Shown piece after piece: positions 37,715 through 51,124 of a DNA stretch of 64,000 nt (its first letter is position 1; each line of letters opens with the position of its first letter). The translations under genes were made by a program, and so were the position numbers. The stretch is from Microbotryum violaceum (Eukaryota), in the NCBI GenBank assembly GCA_001244265.2, contig CDLV01000006.1, forward strand, positions 2,790,001 to 2,854,000. Reading direction: 5' to 3'. Under the pieces are notes generated by a model that had not been told where the DNA came from, did no database searches, and worked only from the letters and a program-made list of their open reading frames with translations.

Positions 37715-39080
37715 CTAGACACATCCATAGTTTTGCCACCTTTGTCTCCCCTTGCGCTGCGCTTTTGCTGCCTCCTTCTCCGCGATGGCGACGATCCGCC
37801 TCCTTCGTTCCCTATTCCACTGGCTCAAGCGCTCGTCCCAGAAGAAGGCGGCCGCGCTTTGGGCTTTGACACCCGACCTCCTACTCGCTTCAACTTTCGA
37901 GAACCCCATAAGCCAGGTACTGTAATATGTCACGAGCTGCAAGTCCGAATATCTGTAAGCGACCAGGCGTGACGCAGCGGCTTGGCTTTGCTGGCCGGGA
38001 TGAGAAGTAAAGATGCTCCGGGACGACGAAGGCTTGCCGGGCCAAATTTCGGGGGAGGAAGGCGCTGAAGGGTGTGATGCACTCGAATCTTCAGCAGTCA
38101 AATGGGAACATCGAGAATTGTTGTATCTTTGATCCCATTCTTGATCGAATACGTCTTGCGCAGCCTCAAATATCCGGCGTCGACGTCCTCTTGCTATTGA
38201 GTCGGCCTGTGCACTCCGAAGAAAGATTTAGTATCGCATTGGAAAGAAACAGGTCTTAGTGGTTTCGTAAGGCACACCAGGGGAATTTGGAGAAGTCTCG
38301 TGATACGGGAGATGCTTAATCCCGTTCTGCGTTGCATTGACCTACTTCCCCACCTCAGCTAAGGGTTTCTAAAGATCCGGCGCACGGACTGATCACGACT
38401 CACTTTTTGCTCTTCCCCAGCAGAAACATCGCCGCCACCCTGATCAATTTCTCCTTTTTGGTCCCCTCTTCTTGAATATGCGGTCTCGTGATCACTCGTG
38501 TGGACGGGACTTGGATATCCTCCATTTCTCCGGCCGACGGAAAGCTCTTGCTCGTGACGTCTTCGTATGAGTCACTGTCGGACGAGTCGTCCATTTCCGC
38601 AAGCTGCCGCGAGCACGACGAAATAAGCTCATCGTCATCGACCACTTCATCAAAGTGTTGGTCTTCGTGTTCGATAGGGTGGATCTTATGAGTCACGGCC
38701 TCTTCTTCAGATGTCACTTCTTCGGCCGACTTGGATTGCGCTCTTCGGTCGTTCTCCTTTCGTGATGGCCTGTCTGCGACGGTCCGCGCGTGATGCAGCG
38801 GCGCGCACTGATCAACGATGTCGCTCTCGCTCGAACAGAGGTCGATCCATTCGATAGGAACGCGCGACTTCTGCCTCGAAATGGAACCTGTGTTCAATGA
38901 GCCGTTGGACATGGGGGCGTGCAGATCCGTCGAAGATCGTGGGCGTGGTCGTTGAAGATGACCAGAGTTCGATAATGGCGTGGGAGGTAAATCACTCCTT
39001 TTTCCTGGGCCAGGTGCCGCTCGTACATGTTGGTGGGGGGTCTTGGGGAAGTAGGTCCTAGCCGAGTTCGTTGTTGGCAT
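37715..39080 (-). CDS. Hypothetical protein with two HTH-like motifs (paralogue A)
   Basis: Spliced KLIRVAAMFLLGKSKKSMQRRTGLSISRITRLL and YSDLQLVTYYSTWLMGFSKVEASRRSGV, homologous to paralogue B. Confidence 0.6.
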
Positions 39081-39828
39081 CGAGATGACGGGGACAGTGA
39101 AGGCGCGAGAGATCAACACTCAACATGTCAGGCGACGGCACGTCAGAGCCCCCCTTCGATCGGTGATCAGACCGCCCTGACCCCTCTTCTGACGGACAAC
39201 CCTCCTGTCTCAGCGCTCAGCCGCCAGCTACGGCGCTAACGGGCACCGTCAGCACGTGGAAATCGTCTCGCACGCTCACATGACTAAGTTACTCGAGGGT
39301 CTTCAGTTCAGGAAGGTCTTTCTCCGTTGTAATTTCGGTTTTTTGGTGTTGAAGAACCTAAATCTCGAGTGACCTGGTACAAGGGGACGTGCAGCAGCAC
39401 GTCCGGCACGTGCTTGACCCCTCTCTTAATTCGAAAGCTTTCCTATGCTTTCCTTTCCCCTTTCATCGGAAGACCTAGCACGGGCCTCTGGCTTTGTCTC
39501 GAAGTAGCAGTTTCCTCGAAGATGAGACAAACCTATACACCCGCACAAATCCCAAGGAAGCACTACTGTGCAGGCAGCCAGAGAAAGATCTGCTTTTTCT
39601 TGCCTGCTTCTAGCCCTAACCCCTCCAAAAAAAACCTACGTGAAACGCAGGAATTCTGCCAACGCACAACAAACAAAGGTTTATGGTACATCAACAAATT
39701 TGGAGCCCGGTGGGGAACTTATTCGGCTTTGACGGGTCAACTCGATCATTTCTGCAGAAATTCTCGGGAGCGTGAAAATCGTCAGTGGCCGAGCGTTTCA
39801 TGAACAGATCGGAAATGATTGCACAGTG

Positions 39829-41131
39829 TTACGGAAAACACACCTTTGTTTTTTCCCTCTGCTTCGTGTTCGCCACCTGCTTCTCGGCGATAGAGATGAC
39901 CCTTCTCCTTCGCTCGCGGATTGCTTGGGTCTGGGGTCCTTTTTCCCAAAAAGCACGGATCGCGCTTCGCTCGTTGACACCCGAATTCCTGCTCGCTTCG
40001 GTCTTGGACGCTCCCTTAAGCCACTGGACGTAGAACGTCACGAGTTGTTGTTCCGAGTACTTGAAATTCATGGACGACACGTAATTCGAAGGACGATAAT
40101 TCGCATCGGGTGTCGAAGGAGGACTCTGAGGTGGAAATTGTTCGGCAGATGATGAGGAAGTTGGGATGGGAACCGAGACCTTCGATTTGGTTACCGTGGT
40201 TGAAGTGAACGAGAAATTGTACTTGGTTTCCCATTCTCGATCGAAGACTTCTTGCGCAGCTTCAAGGATCCGGCGTCGACCTAATTGCTTTCCGGTGCTG
40301 GACTGAGATGCATAAAAAGGGTAATCCCCAGTGAATGAGCAACAAAGTGTGTGCGGAACCCACAGAGAGGCAGTATTACCTACAGGTTTATTATTGATGA
40401 ACTTCCTGATCTGGGAGAGGCTCAATCCCGTTCTGCGATGCATTGATCTACGAGAGCCTGAGTCAGCTTCAGTCGTCAAATATTCACACCAACGCCATCT
40501 TCACTCACTTCTTGCTCTCCCCCATTAAGAACATGACTGCGACCCTGATCAGACTCTGTTCCTTTCTGTCGATAGAGTCGAAGAAGGCCGTATCCATTTC
40601 CTCGATAGAAAACTCGCTCTCGCTCGAATCGTCATCGCACAAATCGTCATCGCTGGGCTCAACATCCACTCGCACCGGAGCTCGTTGTGGCCTCTCGGAG
40701 GGATTCGAGGATGCGACTGATGGCTGGTAATCGGAATCCTGTTCCTCGAACTCTTCAGCTTCCCCATCCACTGAATCAGATTCTTTGGCTTCGTCATTGA
40801 AAACATCATCATCCTCGACCAAGGTCAACGCCTTTGCCGATTGGTTGAGCTCCTTTCGTGACGTCAAATGTGAGGCGGCAGTCGGAATGATCACCATGAA
40901 TCCGCGACGTGTTCGGCCCGCGAAAGTGACTCCGTCCTTGGTGGTGTACGGGATGGCGAGGTGTGAAGCGGATGTGTGACTCGTCATTGTTGCTGAACCA
41001 CTCTTTGGCTTTGGTGGATGCCAGGCCAGCGCTGCAGGCTGCGGTGGGAGAGCCGACGGAGATTGACATTGATCAGCTTGGACAGTCGAGGACGATTCGG
41101 CCTTTTGCGTTGTGGCAACTGTATCTTCCAT
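39829..41131 (-). CDS. Hypothetical protein with two HTH-like motifs (paralogue B)
   Basis: Spliced SLIRVAVMFLMGESKKSMHRRTGLSLSQIRKFI and YSEQQLVTFYVQWLKGASKTEASRNSGV. The intron position matches paralogue A. Confidence 0.6.
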
Positions 41132-41583
41132 CTTCGTCTCGAGAGCTTGGGTGTTCGACTCCGATCCTAGTCTGTGTCACCGCGCTCGAAGAAGGTCAAA
41201 GTCAGAGGCCACAAGTCAAGCGCTGAGGTGGGGTGCGTTAAGTCCGACAGCGCGAGGGAGTCGTTAGGCGGTGCGCGAGCATCTCCCCGATTCTAAAGCT
41301 CTCCTATCAAAACTTTCTCACTAGTGCTCTTCTCGAGACTTCTCGCGCGCCTTCGACTCTTTTTCTTCTTCGTTTCCGCAATACCGCTGTTTTGCAATAT
41401 CGCTCTCAGTCGGAGATGAAAAAGAAACCTATTCAGATACATGACACAAGGGGAGCTGCTGTGCAAACCAGACACGAACAGATCTCTCCTCTCTCTCCCC
41501 TGTTTCCCTCCTTCCCAAACATGTCTCGTTCCTAAAAAACGCGGGAACCCGGAACACACGCGGCAGACGATGTTTTCTTCTTT

Positions 41584-44500
41584 TTACTTCGAAGCCTTGG
41601 CTTCGGCCATCGCGTTGAGGGCCGAGCCCGCTCGGTGCCAGCGGATCTGGTCGGCGTTAAAGGTGTGGGTCAACTCGATCGTCTCTGGAGTAAGGAATTT
41701 CGGAGATATGTGGATGTTAGCAAAGCTTCGCTATAGATTGAACAAGTACAATGAACACCAGAGACTGACCCGTCTTGCCATCCTTGTGCTTGAGCACCAT
41801 CTCGACTTTGGAGCCTTCAGCGAGGTCCTTAATGCCAATCAGGTCGACCTTGTCGTCGGGCTGAACCTTGTCGTAGTCGGCGGGGTTCTTGAAGTTCAAG
41901 GGGAGCATGCCTTGCTTCTTCAAGTTGGTCTCGTGGATACGGGCGAACGATCGCGTGATGACGGCTGCGCCACCGAGGAAACGGGGCTCGAGAGCGGCGT
42001 GCTCACGCGACGATCCCTCACCGTAGTTCTCGTCACCGATCACGACCCACGGCACACCGGCGTCGCGGTACTCGGCAGCGACCTTGGGCACAGGTCCCCA
42101 TTCACCGGTCAACAAGTTCTGGACCTTGTTGGCCTCACCGTTCGCGGCGTTGATGGCGCCGATCAAGCAGTTCTGCGAGATGTTCTCCAAGTGACCTCGG
42201 TACTTGAGCCAAGGGCCACCGGCCGAGATGTGATCGGTCGTGCATTTGCCGACAGCCTTGATCAGAACGGGCATGTCGGTCGGGTCCTCACCGTTCCACT
42301 TCTTGAAGGGCTTGAGGACCTGGAGACGGTCCGACGAGGGGCTGACGATGACGTTGACCGAGGCGCGGTCCGAGGGAGGGGCCTGGTAGGTGTCTTGTCC
42401 CGGGTCGTAGCCGCGAGGGGGGAGCTCCTTTCCAGTCGGGTCGGAAAACTTGAACTCCTTGCCATCGGCGCCCTTGAGCGAGTCGGTAAGAGGGTTGAAG
42501 GTCATAGAGCCGGCAAAGACCATGGCGGTAACGAGATCGGGGGAGGCGACGAAGGCGTGGGTGGCGGTGTTAGCGTCGTTACGACCGGTGAAGTTGCGGT
42601 TGTATGAGGTGATGATCGAGTTCTTGGTGCCCTTGGGGACGTCCTGTCGGTCCCATTGACCGATGCAGGGACCGCATGCGTTGGCGAGCACGAGACCTCC
42701 AGCGTCCTCGAGGACCTTCATCTGTCCGTCACGCTCGATCGTAGCGCGGATCTGCTCAGATCCGGGGGTGATCGTGAAACCGGCCTTGGCCTTGAGGCCA
42801 TGGTCGGCCGCCTCCTTGGCGATCGAGGCCGAACGGGACATGTCCTCGTACGAGGAGTTGGTGCAGGAGCCGATGAGACCGACCGAGAGCTTCTCGGGCC
42901 AGTCGTTGGCCTTGACGGCGGCGGCGAACTTGGACAGAGGGGTCGCAAGATCGGGGGTGTAGGGGCCGTTGATGTGGGGCTCGAGCTCGGAAAGGTTGAT
43001 CTCGATCACGCGGTCGTAGTCGGCACCGTTATCGGCACGGAGGTTGTGCTGGAAGGCCTCGGCGTACTTGCGGATCTCGGGTCGCTTCGTCGCGTCGAGG
43101 TAGTCGCCCATGCGCGAGTTGTAAGGGAACAGGGAGGTGGTCGCACCGATCTCGGCACCCATGTTGCAGATGGTGGCCATACCAGTGCACGACAACGAGT
43201 TGACACCCTCGCCGAAGTACTCGACGATGGCACCCGTTCCACCCTTGACGGTGAGGATACCGGCAACTTTGAGGATCACATCCTTGGGGGTCGTCCATCC
43301 GCTGATCTTGCCCGTCAATTTGACACCGATCGCCTTGGGGCACTTGAGTTCCCAAGGAAGGTCGGCAATGACGTCGACGGCATCAGCTCCTCCGACACCT
43401 ACGGCGATCATACCAAGACCACCGGCGTTGGGGGTGTGCGAGTCGGTACCGATCATCAAACCACCGGGGTATGCGTAGTTTTCGAGGATGATCTGGAGGG
43501 TGAGGGGGAGCCGTTCATTTAGTCGCAGTGCCAGAGCGGGTTCGCTGTAGACTAAGAGCAAGTAATGACTGACCTGGTGGATGATACCCGAGCCGGCCTT
43601 CCAGAAACCGATGCCGTACTTGGCGGTGCAAGTGGCGAGGAAGTCGTAGACCTCCTTGTTGATGTCGTTGGCGCGGGCTAAATCCTTGGTACCACCGACC
43701 TGGGCTTCGATTAAGTGATCGCAGTGGACGGTCGTGGGGACGGCGACGGTGGGCAAGCCGGCGGACATGAATTGAAGGAGAGCCATTTGGGCGGTAGCAT
43801 CTTGGCAAGCAACTCGCTGGAAGTGTACGGAAAAACGAGGCGGAGCGGGGTCAGCGCTGGTAAATCGACCGTGTCAAGCGTACAGCCTGGGCAAGGGCCA
43901 CTGATGCGGCTATGCTCGATTTGGAAACATAGCCAGAGAAAAGAACTTACGTCGGGTCGGAGCTTGATGTATGAAGCACCCCGTCGGACGTCGGCATCAT
44001 GAGGGTTGTCGAGATGGCCGTAGAGGACCTTCTCCGAAAGCGTGAGCTTGCGGTCGAGGCTGTAGCGTGGCGAGAAGTGTAGATAATGAGGTGCAGGTCA
44101 GTTCAATAGCTCTTGGACTGAGGCATGAAGATGAGGTCCCTGACGCGTGTATGTGTGGGTCGAGTACAGCATCTGGGTGGCCGAACTCGGGTGGTAAACA
44201 TGGCGGCGCTCCTACTGCACCCGGCGCCGCTTGCATGTTCACGCGTTCACGCGCGAATGGCGGCTGCAACTGCGGCGCGAGGCGAGGCGGAGCACGCCGC
44301 GAACACACCCGAGGCAGGCAGCGGAAGCGAGCGAGCTCACGGGCTGCCCACACCGGAACCGTGCTCCGCATTGCTCTCACGAATCAAAGCAAGACAAGAG
44401 ACACTCACCGTTGACGAACGACAGCGAGGTTATCCTCGATGCGCTGATAATTGATGTACTTGTCTTTCTCAAACAGGGACATGGCCACCTTGGTCGCGCC

Positions 44501-44584
44501 AATCGACGACGCCGGCGTGGCCAGCGAGCGGCTCAAGTGCGGAGCTCGCATGCCCATTTGGCGGGCAGAGGGGATCAAGACCAT
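41584..44584 (-). CDS. ACO1: Mitochondrial aconitate hydratase, multi-exon
   Basis: [89 protein letters not shown]. Confidence 0.97.
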
Positions 44585-45692
44585 GGTGATAAAGACTGTA
44601 GGTAGATCCAAGAGCGAAATGTCAGCAGATGAGATGGGTCTTAATGTGCGCTGGTGGTCTCGCCGGTCGCGATTCGGGAAGGGTCACAAGCGGCGGTCGT
44701 CGTTCGGCTGCTCGCTGCTGAATCGTGTGCACCGTGATTGGCCCGCCAGCGGATACGCAAACAGTAGCCGCCGCGTTGGCAAGCCACCGTGACCGGGTAC
44801 AGGGGAAGGTCGATTGCATAGTGAGTCGAAAGCGCTCACCTGTGGACCTGGTTAGGTAATCGACAGTCGGGTCAAGGAGGGAGTGCTATGAAGAGCGTGT
44901 GGGGGCAGAGAAGGAGGGGAGGAGAGAAATGCAAAGAGGTGCGCGGGCAAACTCGCAGCGCTCGTTGTCGCCGGGCCCGCTTGAGATCTCTTGAGATTGT
45001 GGCCCGCCTTGCACGCCGCCCACCGCGGTTCGGCACCCATACAGATCGCGCACCTATTCGCCGCGCAGAATGTCAGGGCCTGCGACAAAATCTACCCATG
45101 AACTCCATCAATTTTAAAGTATCGTAGAGGACCTCTTCTTATTTCCCGGGGATATCTCGGTGACTTGGGGTGTCTGCGAGGTCAAGGGTTTTTTCCCGCC
45201 GACCCGCCGACGAACGTCGACGAACCCCGACCAGAGGTGCTCACGCTGGGCCGCTGGGCCTCACGCCGCGGCTCGGCGACGGCGCTCCGGTTTCGCGCGC
45301 GCGTTTTCCTCCGTCCCGCCCGTGCAGCTTTCCGGACGGCGGGCGGCGGGCAGCTTGCAGTTAGTTCGGGAGCCGGGAGAGCAAAACAGCCCCTGGCGGC
45401 GGCACCCGGCCGTTGACAAGTAGAGCAAAAGGCTTTGGGCGACGAGCTAAGGTGCCTGGACAAAAGGTTACTTAAGATGGTGTCCTATCGTTCTGGATTC
45501 GACCGCGCATGAATCTTAAAGTCGACTTGGTATCGTTTGGCGGTGCATTTCGTTCAGGCCTCGAGCTTGCTTGGTTGAGCTTGCGCGCAACAGCCCCGAC
45601 CCGACATCTTTCTCGGGAAGACATCTCAACTCTGCTCTCAGCTGGCTCAAATAATGTGTATTTGGTCGGAATTTCGTCTTCTCGTCGATATA

Positions 45693-47113
45693 TTACAACT
45701 GCATCCCCACATCAATAATCGGATCCGCGTCCACATCCGCTCCTTTCGCCAATCCTTTCTCCTCCGCGATTGCCCTCGATCGGCCCATATGATACGCATG
45801 ACTATACGGATTCAGTTCGCGATCCTCCTCTTCATCGAGTTGGCCCTGTTGAATCTTGAGCATCTCCTCTTGTGCGTCGAGAAGCGGGTCATCGTCGTCG
45901 TCTTCTTCGTCCGGTTCGTCGTCGTCGTCTGAATCGGCGTGAGACCTGTGAGGAGCTTGCCACGCTGCACATCAGTCCACGGTGTATCATGAAGTTGTAC
46001 AGCATGAATTCTTTCTCACATGAAATTCGCAAAGGCTGCGCCTTGCCCCGCACCGCCTTTCATGAAGGCGCCCTTCAAGCGGTTGCCTACTTTCTGATTC
46101 CTCATCTCGTCCTTGCGCTTCGACTCTTGCAATCGACGTTCGGTCGCCAAACGTTCTCGAGTTGCGGCTTGTTCTTGTAAACGAAGTGATTCAGAGAGCG
46201 AGATGGAGCCGCATAGTGAAGAAGGTGGGGAGGAAGAGAGCTGTGGCGAACGAAAAGCGAGTCAGCACATTAGCTTGCAAGCGGTAGGAGCTGCGATGTG
46301 CTGACGTACCTCTGCACGTAGTGCCAATCTTCGTTTGACGGTGAGCGGACTAAATCCTATTACTGTCGGATGCGCAGGGGAAGAACTGGGATCGCCTACG
46401 CCTCCCGCTCCTATTCTCGGCTTGATGTCCTCCTCGGCCTTTGCGCCCGCCGCGCCGGTGACTTGGTCGTCGTCGATGTCAAGCAGGGTATGGTCGTCAT
46501 GGTCCTCATTGCCTTCGAGTCGGGTCTTTTGTAAATCTTCTCGGATGCGGTTGATGTCTTGTATTTCCTTCAGTCGAGCTTCGAGTCGGTCTTGTTGCTG
46601 GCGAATCTTGGAGTCACTGCTTCCGGGCAAGAGCGACATCGTCGATCTGCACGCGGTGAGCTTGTGGAGTTAGCCAAAGCTTCCCCAAAGAAATGCAAGC
46701 CTAAACTCTCAGTCTCACTTTGACTCCAACAAACTCGCATTGACCCGCAGCATCTCGGCCAATTCATGCTCGAGTAGATCGGACAGGTCCTTTTCCTTGC
46801 CCTTGTGCGATACCGAAACGATCCCGCCGGCTTGCTGATGCTTCTTGGGCACGAAGGGGGACTTGTGTTCGGCTCGCTTGAGGCGCGCGTGCAGCTTGAG
46901 TTGTTGTTGGCGCGCTGAAGCAGCGAGACGTGCTTCGAGGGTCGTAGGGGAGGTTGCTGTGGCTGGGATGGTCGAGGTGGATGCTGAGAGAGAAGGGGAG
47001 GGAGAGGGGGACGGCGAGAGGGACGACATGGGCAGGTCCGAGCTCGAGTCGATTGTCGAGGGTGGTACAACTTCATGTCGGGAGTACGGGCGTGGTAGGC
47101 GTAAGGTGGACAT
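45693..47113 (-). CDS. Hypothetical 4-exon protein, candidate Gdown1/POLR2M (GRINL1A) homologue
   Basis: Three GT-AG introns give a continuous frame. Motifs are DLSDLLEHELAEMLRVNASLL..MSLLPGSSDSKIRQQQDRL, ISLSESLRLQEQ and an acidic tail. Confidence 0.55.
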
Positions 47114-47625
47114 GTTCTAGGCTGGGTACGAGTTGAGGTCGAGGGTGGGCTGGTGTGAGGAGTGGAAGAGACGATGACGAAACAAGGCGCGCCAGGCGGG
47201 CGGCGGCAGTCCCGTTTTCAGCCCCAGGCGGACAGCGCGCGCCACTCGTGACCGTCAAGTCACGTGCAGTTTGGGCTTCCGGCATTGCAGAATCGACAGG
47301 ACTCAAATGGGTGCTGGTCACAGATGAACCGCACCACTACCACTTTCTTTTTAGATCGAATGCTCCGCTTTGAAACTAAATTGGATCAAGGTGTGACCTA
47401 TAGTCGACCACCTGTTTTACTAATATCAGCCGCAGCCGCTCTCGGCTCGTATGTCACGTGACCGCCGCCGCCGTTCGAGTCACATGGCGCCGTTCCGCGC
47501 CGTTCGCGAGTGAAGACGTCCTCGCAAATCGTGACTGCCGACCGGTGCACTCCCTCTCTCTCGCCTCAGGCCACATATAGCTTGTCAGCCGCTTTTCTGC
47601 ACTTGACAGCGTCCATGCGACCAGC

Positions 47626-50519
47626 ATGACTACCTCAACCACCCCCAGGCTTCAGAATGGACCTTCAGTTACGCGAACTGTCCCGTCCCCCGCTCTCGCT
47701 GGCCAGGGCCACGTCGACTTCGCCGAGAGTGGTGGGGCAGCACAGCCACGAACAACGACGTCGAGCTCGGCTGGCGAGCGCGAACAAGAAGTTGCCCAGT
47801 CCGCAGCAACAGCAGCACAATGGCTACACGCCTCCACTTCACAGTTATCCGATCAAACACACGTCGCTTCGACTTCGAGAGTAGCTCCCCAGGACGCTCC
47901 CGATGACCTTCCTACGTACGCCCAGATCGAAAAGGCCGAACCGAGTAATCCGAGATTTGGGCGCTGGGCTGGATGGTCAGTTCCAAATATTACGGAAACA
48001 GATTTTGGGTGATTCATGCTCATTTTCGAAGTGCTCGAGCGTTGGCAGGATCGAGAAGCGAACGAGGGAGCGAAGTCAGGATCGGATGCTCAGCACCCAG
48101 AAGAGCTGGGGATCCCAGATCGGAAATGCCGACGAGTCGCACCGGCATCATACCTTCAATCCAAGCCCTGATACCACTACGAGAGCTAGCGCAGATCAAT
48201 CGACTATGCGACGCAATCCGACTCAATTACCTGTACGAGCGCACAGCAGACATTCGTGGGCACCTACCACCCCCTCCTCACCGATACGTTCGGTTTCGCT
48301 CAGCGGTGCACCGGCTCATTCCTTGACCCCATGCTCGGCCATCCAATCACTGGGATCTCGATTCACGCAACAGTTTGGAGAACCTCCCACGTGCTCGGTA
48401 TCATTGCGCAATATCATCGTCGCTGCTTCGGGAGCTCGTGCGACCGATGAGAGTGCGAGGCTCCTATTGGTCGGTGCGACGTCGGGACTTTGGCTCGTTG
48501 ATCTTGCTTCGCCGCGCAATGAAGGGCAGATGGAAGTTTTTCCTATGTGGGATGGTATGGGGATCGTCCAAATGGAGCTGTTTGATCCGAATGTTCAGCA
48601 AGAGTCGGGGGTGCTCTTGGCGCTTGTCAGGAGACCGACGGGTGGGGAGCTCGAGTTGAGGATGTGGAGTCTTACGAGTTTGATCAACCTTGTTCGATGG
48701 AGGCTCACAAATACGGTGAGCCCCAATATAAAAGGCCTGTTTGTTGGAAATGTTTGGGCTCATGCATCTTCTTGCTCCTCGTTGCATCCAGGCTTCGACC
48801 AAACTCTCTCTGGTTGCACAGACCGTCTCGTCTCCGACGCAATCAACCTACAACGAGAAGCGTCGATCACGCATAGTCTTCAAAGACCTCTTCTTGAACA
48901 AGAATGCCGGATTCGATCGCAATGGAGCGAGCGAGGTCGCGTCCACGAACGTTGCTGCGCCTATCCGAGCGCCAGATGACGATTTCTCGTCTGCTGGCTC
49001 ACGGCCGAATGCTTCTCCGTCGCTCGACACGCCTTCTTCCCAGTCACAGCTCCTCGCTTTACCACTGGAATGGGCAAATGCGTCTTTGGTATTGCCGATC
49101 CCCAAAAGTGGGGGCAGCTTATCTTTTTTTAAGCTGTGCCAGGTCCCGGTCTTGACCGCGTCGTCCTCGTCACCTCCGTGCAAACCTCGCATCTGCTTGT
49201 ACCTCATCATTGCTACTTCGAAATCCATCTTCATCCTCAATTCAGCTCCTCCTTCCTCTTCGAGCGGTTCGAGCCGCAAGTGGACCGCCTGCAGGGAGTT
49301 TTATTCTCCGGCGACGCCTCGCTTCGTCGACCTCGTCAAGACAAACTCCTTCCTCCCATCGTTCAGAGCGGGCTTCCCCACCGGGACTTTGCCACCTAGA
49401 TCTGCTCGGATGGTCGAAGATGACCTCTCTCTTCTCCTCGGAATGTCTTCCAATATCGTTCTCATTCGACTTGTCGACTCATCCGTCCACGAAATCACCA
49501 TCCCCATCATTCGAACTCGAATCCACAGCCGTCGATCCTCTTTCAGCGTCTCATACGATTCCTTGGGACAAGCTTCGTCGACGCTCAAAATGGGTAGATC
49601 GGTTTCGTTGCAGAGGAAAGCACGCGCGGGAGTTGAGAGAGCGGCTTCGATGTTGATGAATTATGGGAAACCATCGTCTTCAATGATACTGAGGAATTCG
49701 ATTCCGGCGGGGTTGTCGAGGGACGAGGCGAGGACTTTGGCCACTGGGGTGAAAGTTGATGAGGTGGGAGCAGCGCGGTTTGGGGAGGGATTGGGGAGGG
49801 GAGGTGACGACGGTTGGGTGGGGTATACTCCTGTGGAAGGGGAAGATCGAGCAGAGCAAGCACAGCTTTTCACAAGGGGTAGAGTGACGTACCTCGTTAC
49901 TGCTCGCAAAAGCCCTGGATCGGCGCTATCAAGTCCTCAACCCGATCTCGCTCCTATGCCGGCAACGGTTCAGGCCGGCGGCGAGGCGACTTGTGCGACC
50001 ATGAACGTGCTTCATACTTTCGTATGGCCCCAAATCGTTAGGCACGTCACTATTTCGTACATCCCTGCCCCGACTTCAGGGTCAACACGGGCAGCTGAGG
50101 GACGCCACCTCGTCCTGCTCGGCTTTTCAGCAACTGGCGTGCACGCACAAGAGGGGCACCTCTGCTTACCCAGAATCGCGCATTACCCTTCGGAAGATGA
50201 AATTTCCCGTCCAGTTTGGACGCCCGTCAGTAGTGCTGCGGACATCCTGGGTACGGAGGGTGAAGTCGAAGCTGAAGCGACGCTCGATTTCGGAAGGGAC
50301 GTTATCTACCTTGGATCTCGACGGAGCGCGGCTGCCCCGAGCAGTAGGGTGGATGGTCGGCCCAGTGAAGAAGGTGCTTCTTGGTGGGGTAATTCGTCGA
50401 TCCGCGCCAGCAATGTAGGTGGGACGAAGTCGAGGTTAGCCTGCTCGGAGGCAGAGAAGGCGGGGTCTTTTTTTGCTGTTCAGGGGGTCGGCGATTGGAG
50501 TTTGAAAGTCGTCGAGTGA
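47626..50519 (+). CDS. Hypothetical multi-exon protein, possibly CNH/beta-propeller-like
   Basis: Long ORFs joined by GT-AG introns, with beta-rich segments LLLVGATSGLWLVD, MWDGMGIVQME, LYLIIATSKSIFIL. Confidence 0.5.
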
Positions 50520-51124
50520 GGGCTCTCGTTTGTTGATGTTACATTTTATTTTTCTTGAATTTTGTGTTCGCATTGTATGCCGTTCTTTGCCATTCGTTTG
50601 TTTGTCACTGCACCTCTCTCCATCGCTGTAGTCAGCGATCGAAATTGCCTCCGACCTAAAATAGCCGACGGGCTAGCTCATTTGCTTCCGACTCTTGGGT
50701 GTAGAGAACAGCATAATCGTGAGATATAGCAGACTTGCGTGTGAAAAAGCTCGGGCGATGTCTTGCAACGTCCGAGCTACTGGGCTACTGGGGACCGACC
50801 CAGTGATGCCATATGCATTTTCAACGTTCCGACACCGCCGTGGTAACTCGTAATCTCTCGTGGTAACCTGTGATAACTGCCGCCGTTGGCTCCGCAACTC
50901 CGCAAGCGCCTGCTTTTGGCTTTCCGTCCAGCTCCCTACCGACGAGTTCGTGAGTCGCTACACCCCGCCTTGCACTTGGTGTCGTCACCGATTTCAAATT
51001 AGACCTTGGTCACCTGCTTCTTTGATCCCATCGCACTGACGGTCTCTTTCTCTATATCTGAACTTTTTCGGCGTGCTCCGGCTTTCGCAGACCCACGTTT
51101 CGTCATCCGCTTTCGCTTTACACC

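Noticed and set aside
41441-43522. Long plus-strand ORFs (388 and 288 aa) opposite aconitase
   Set aside because: Antisense shadows caused by strong codon bias; no recognisable motifs.
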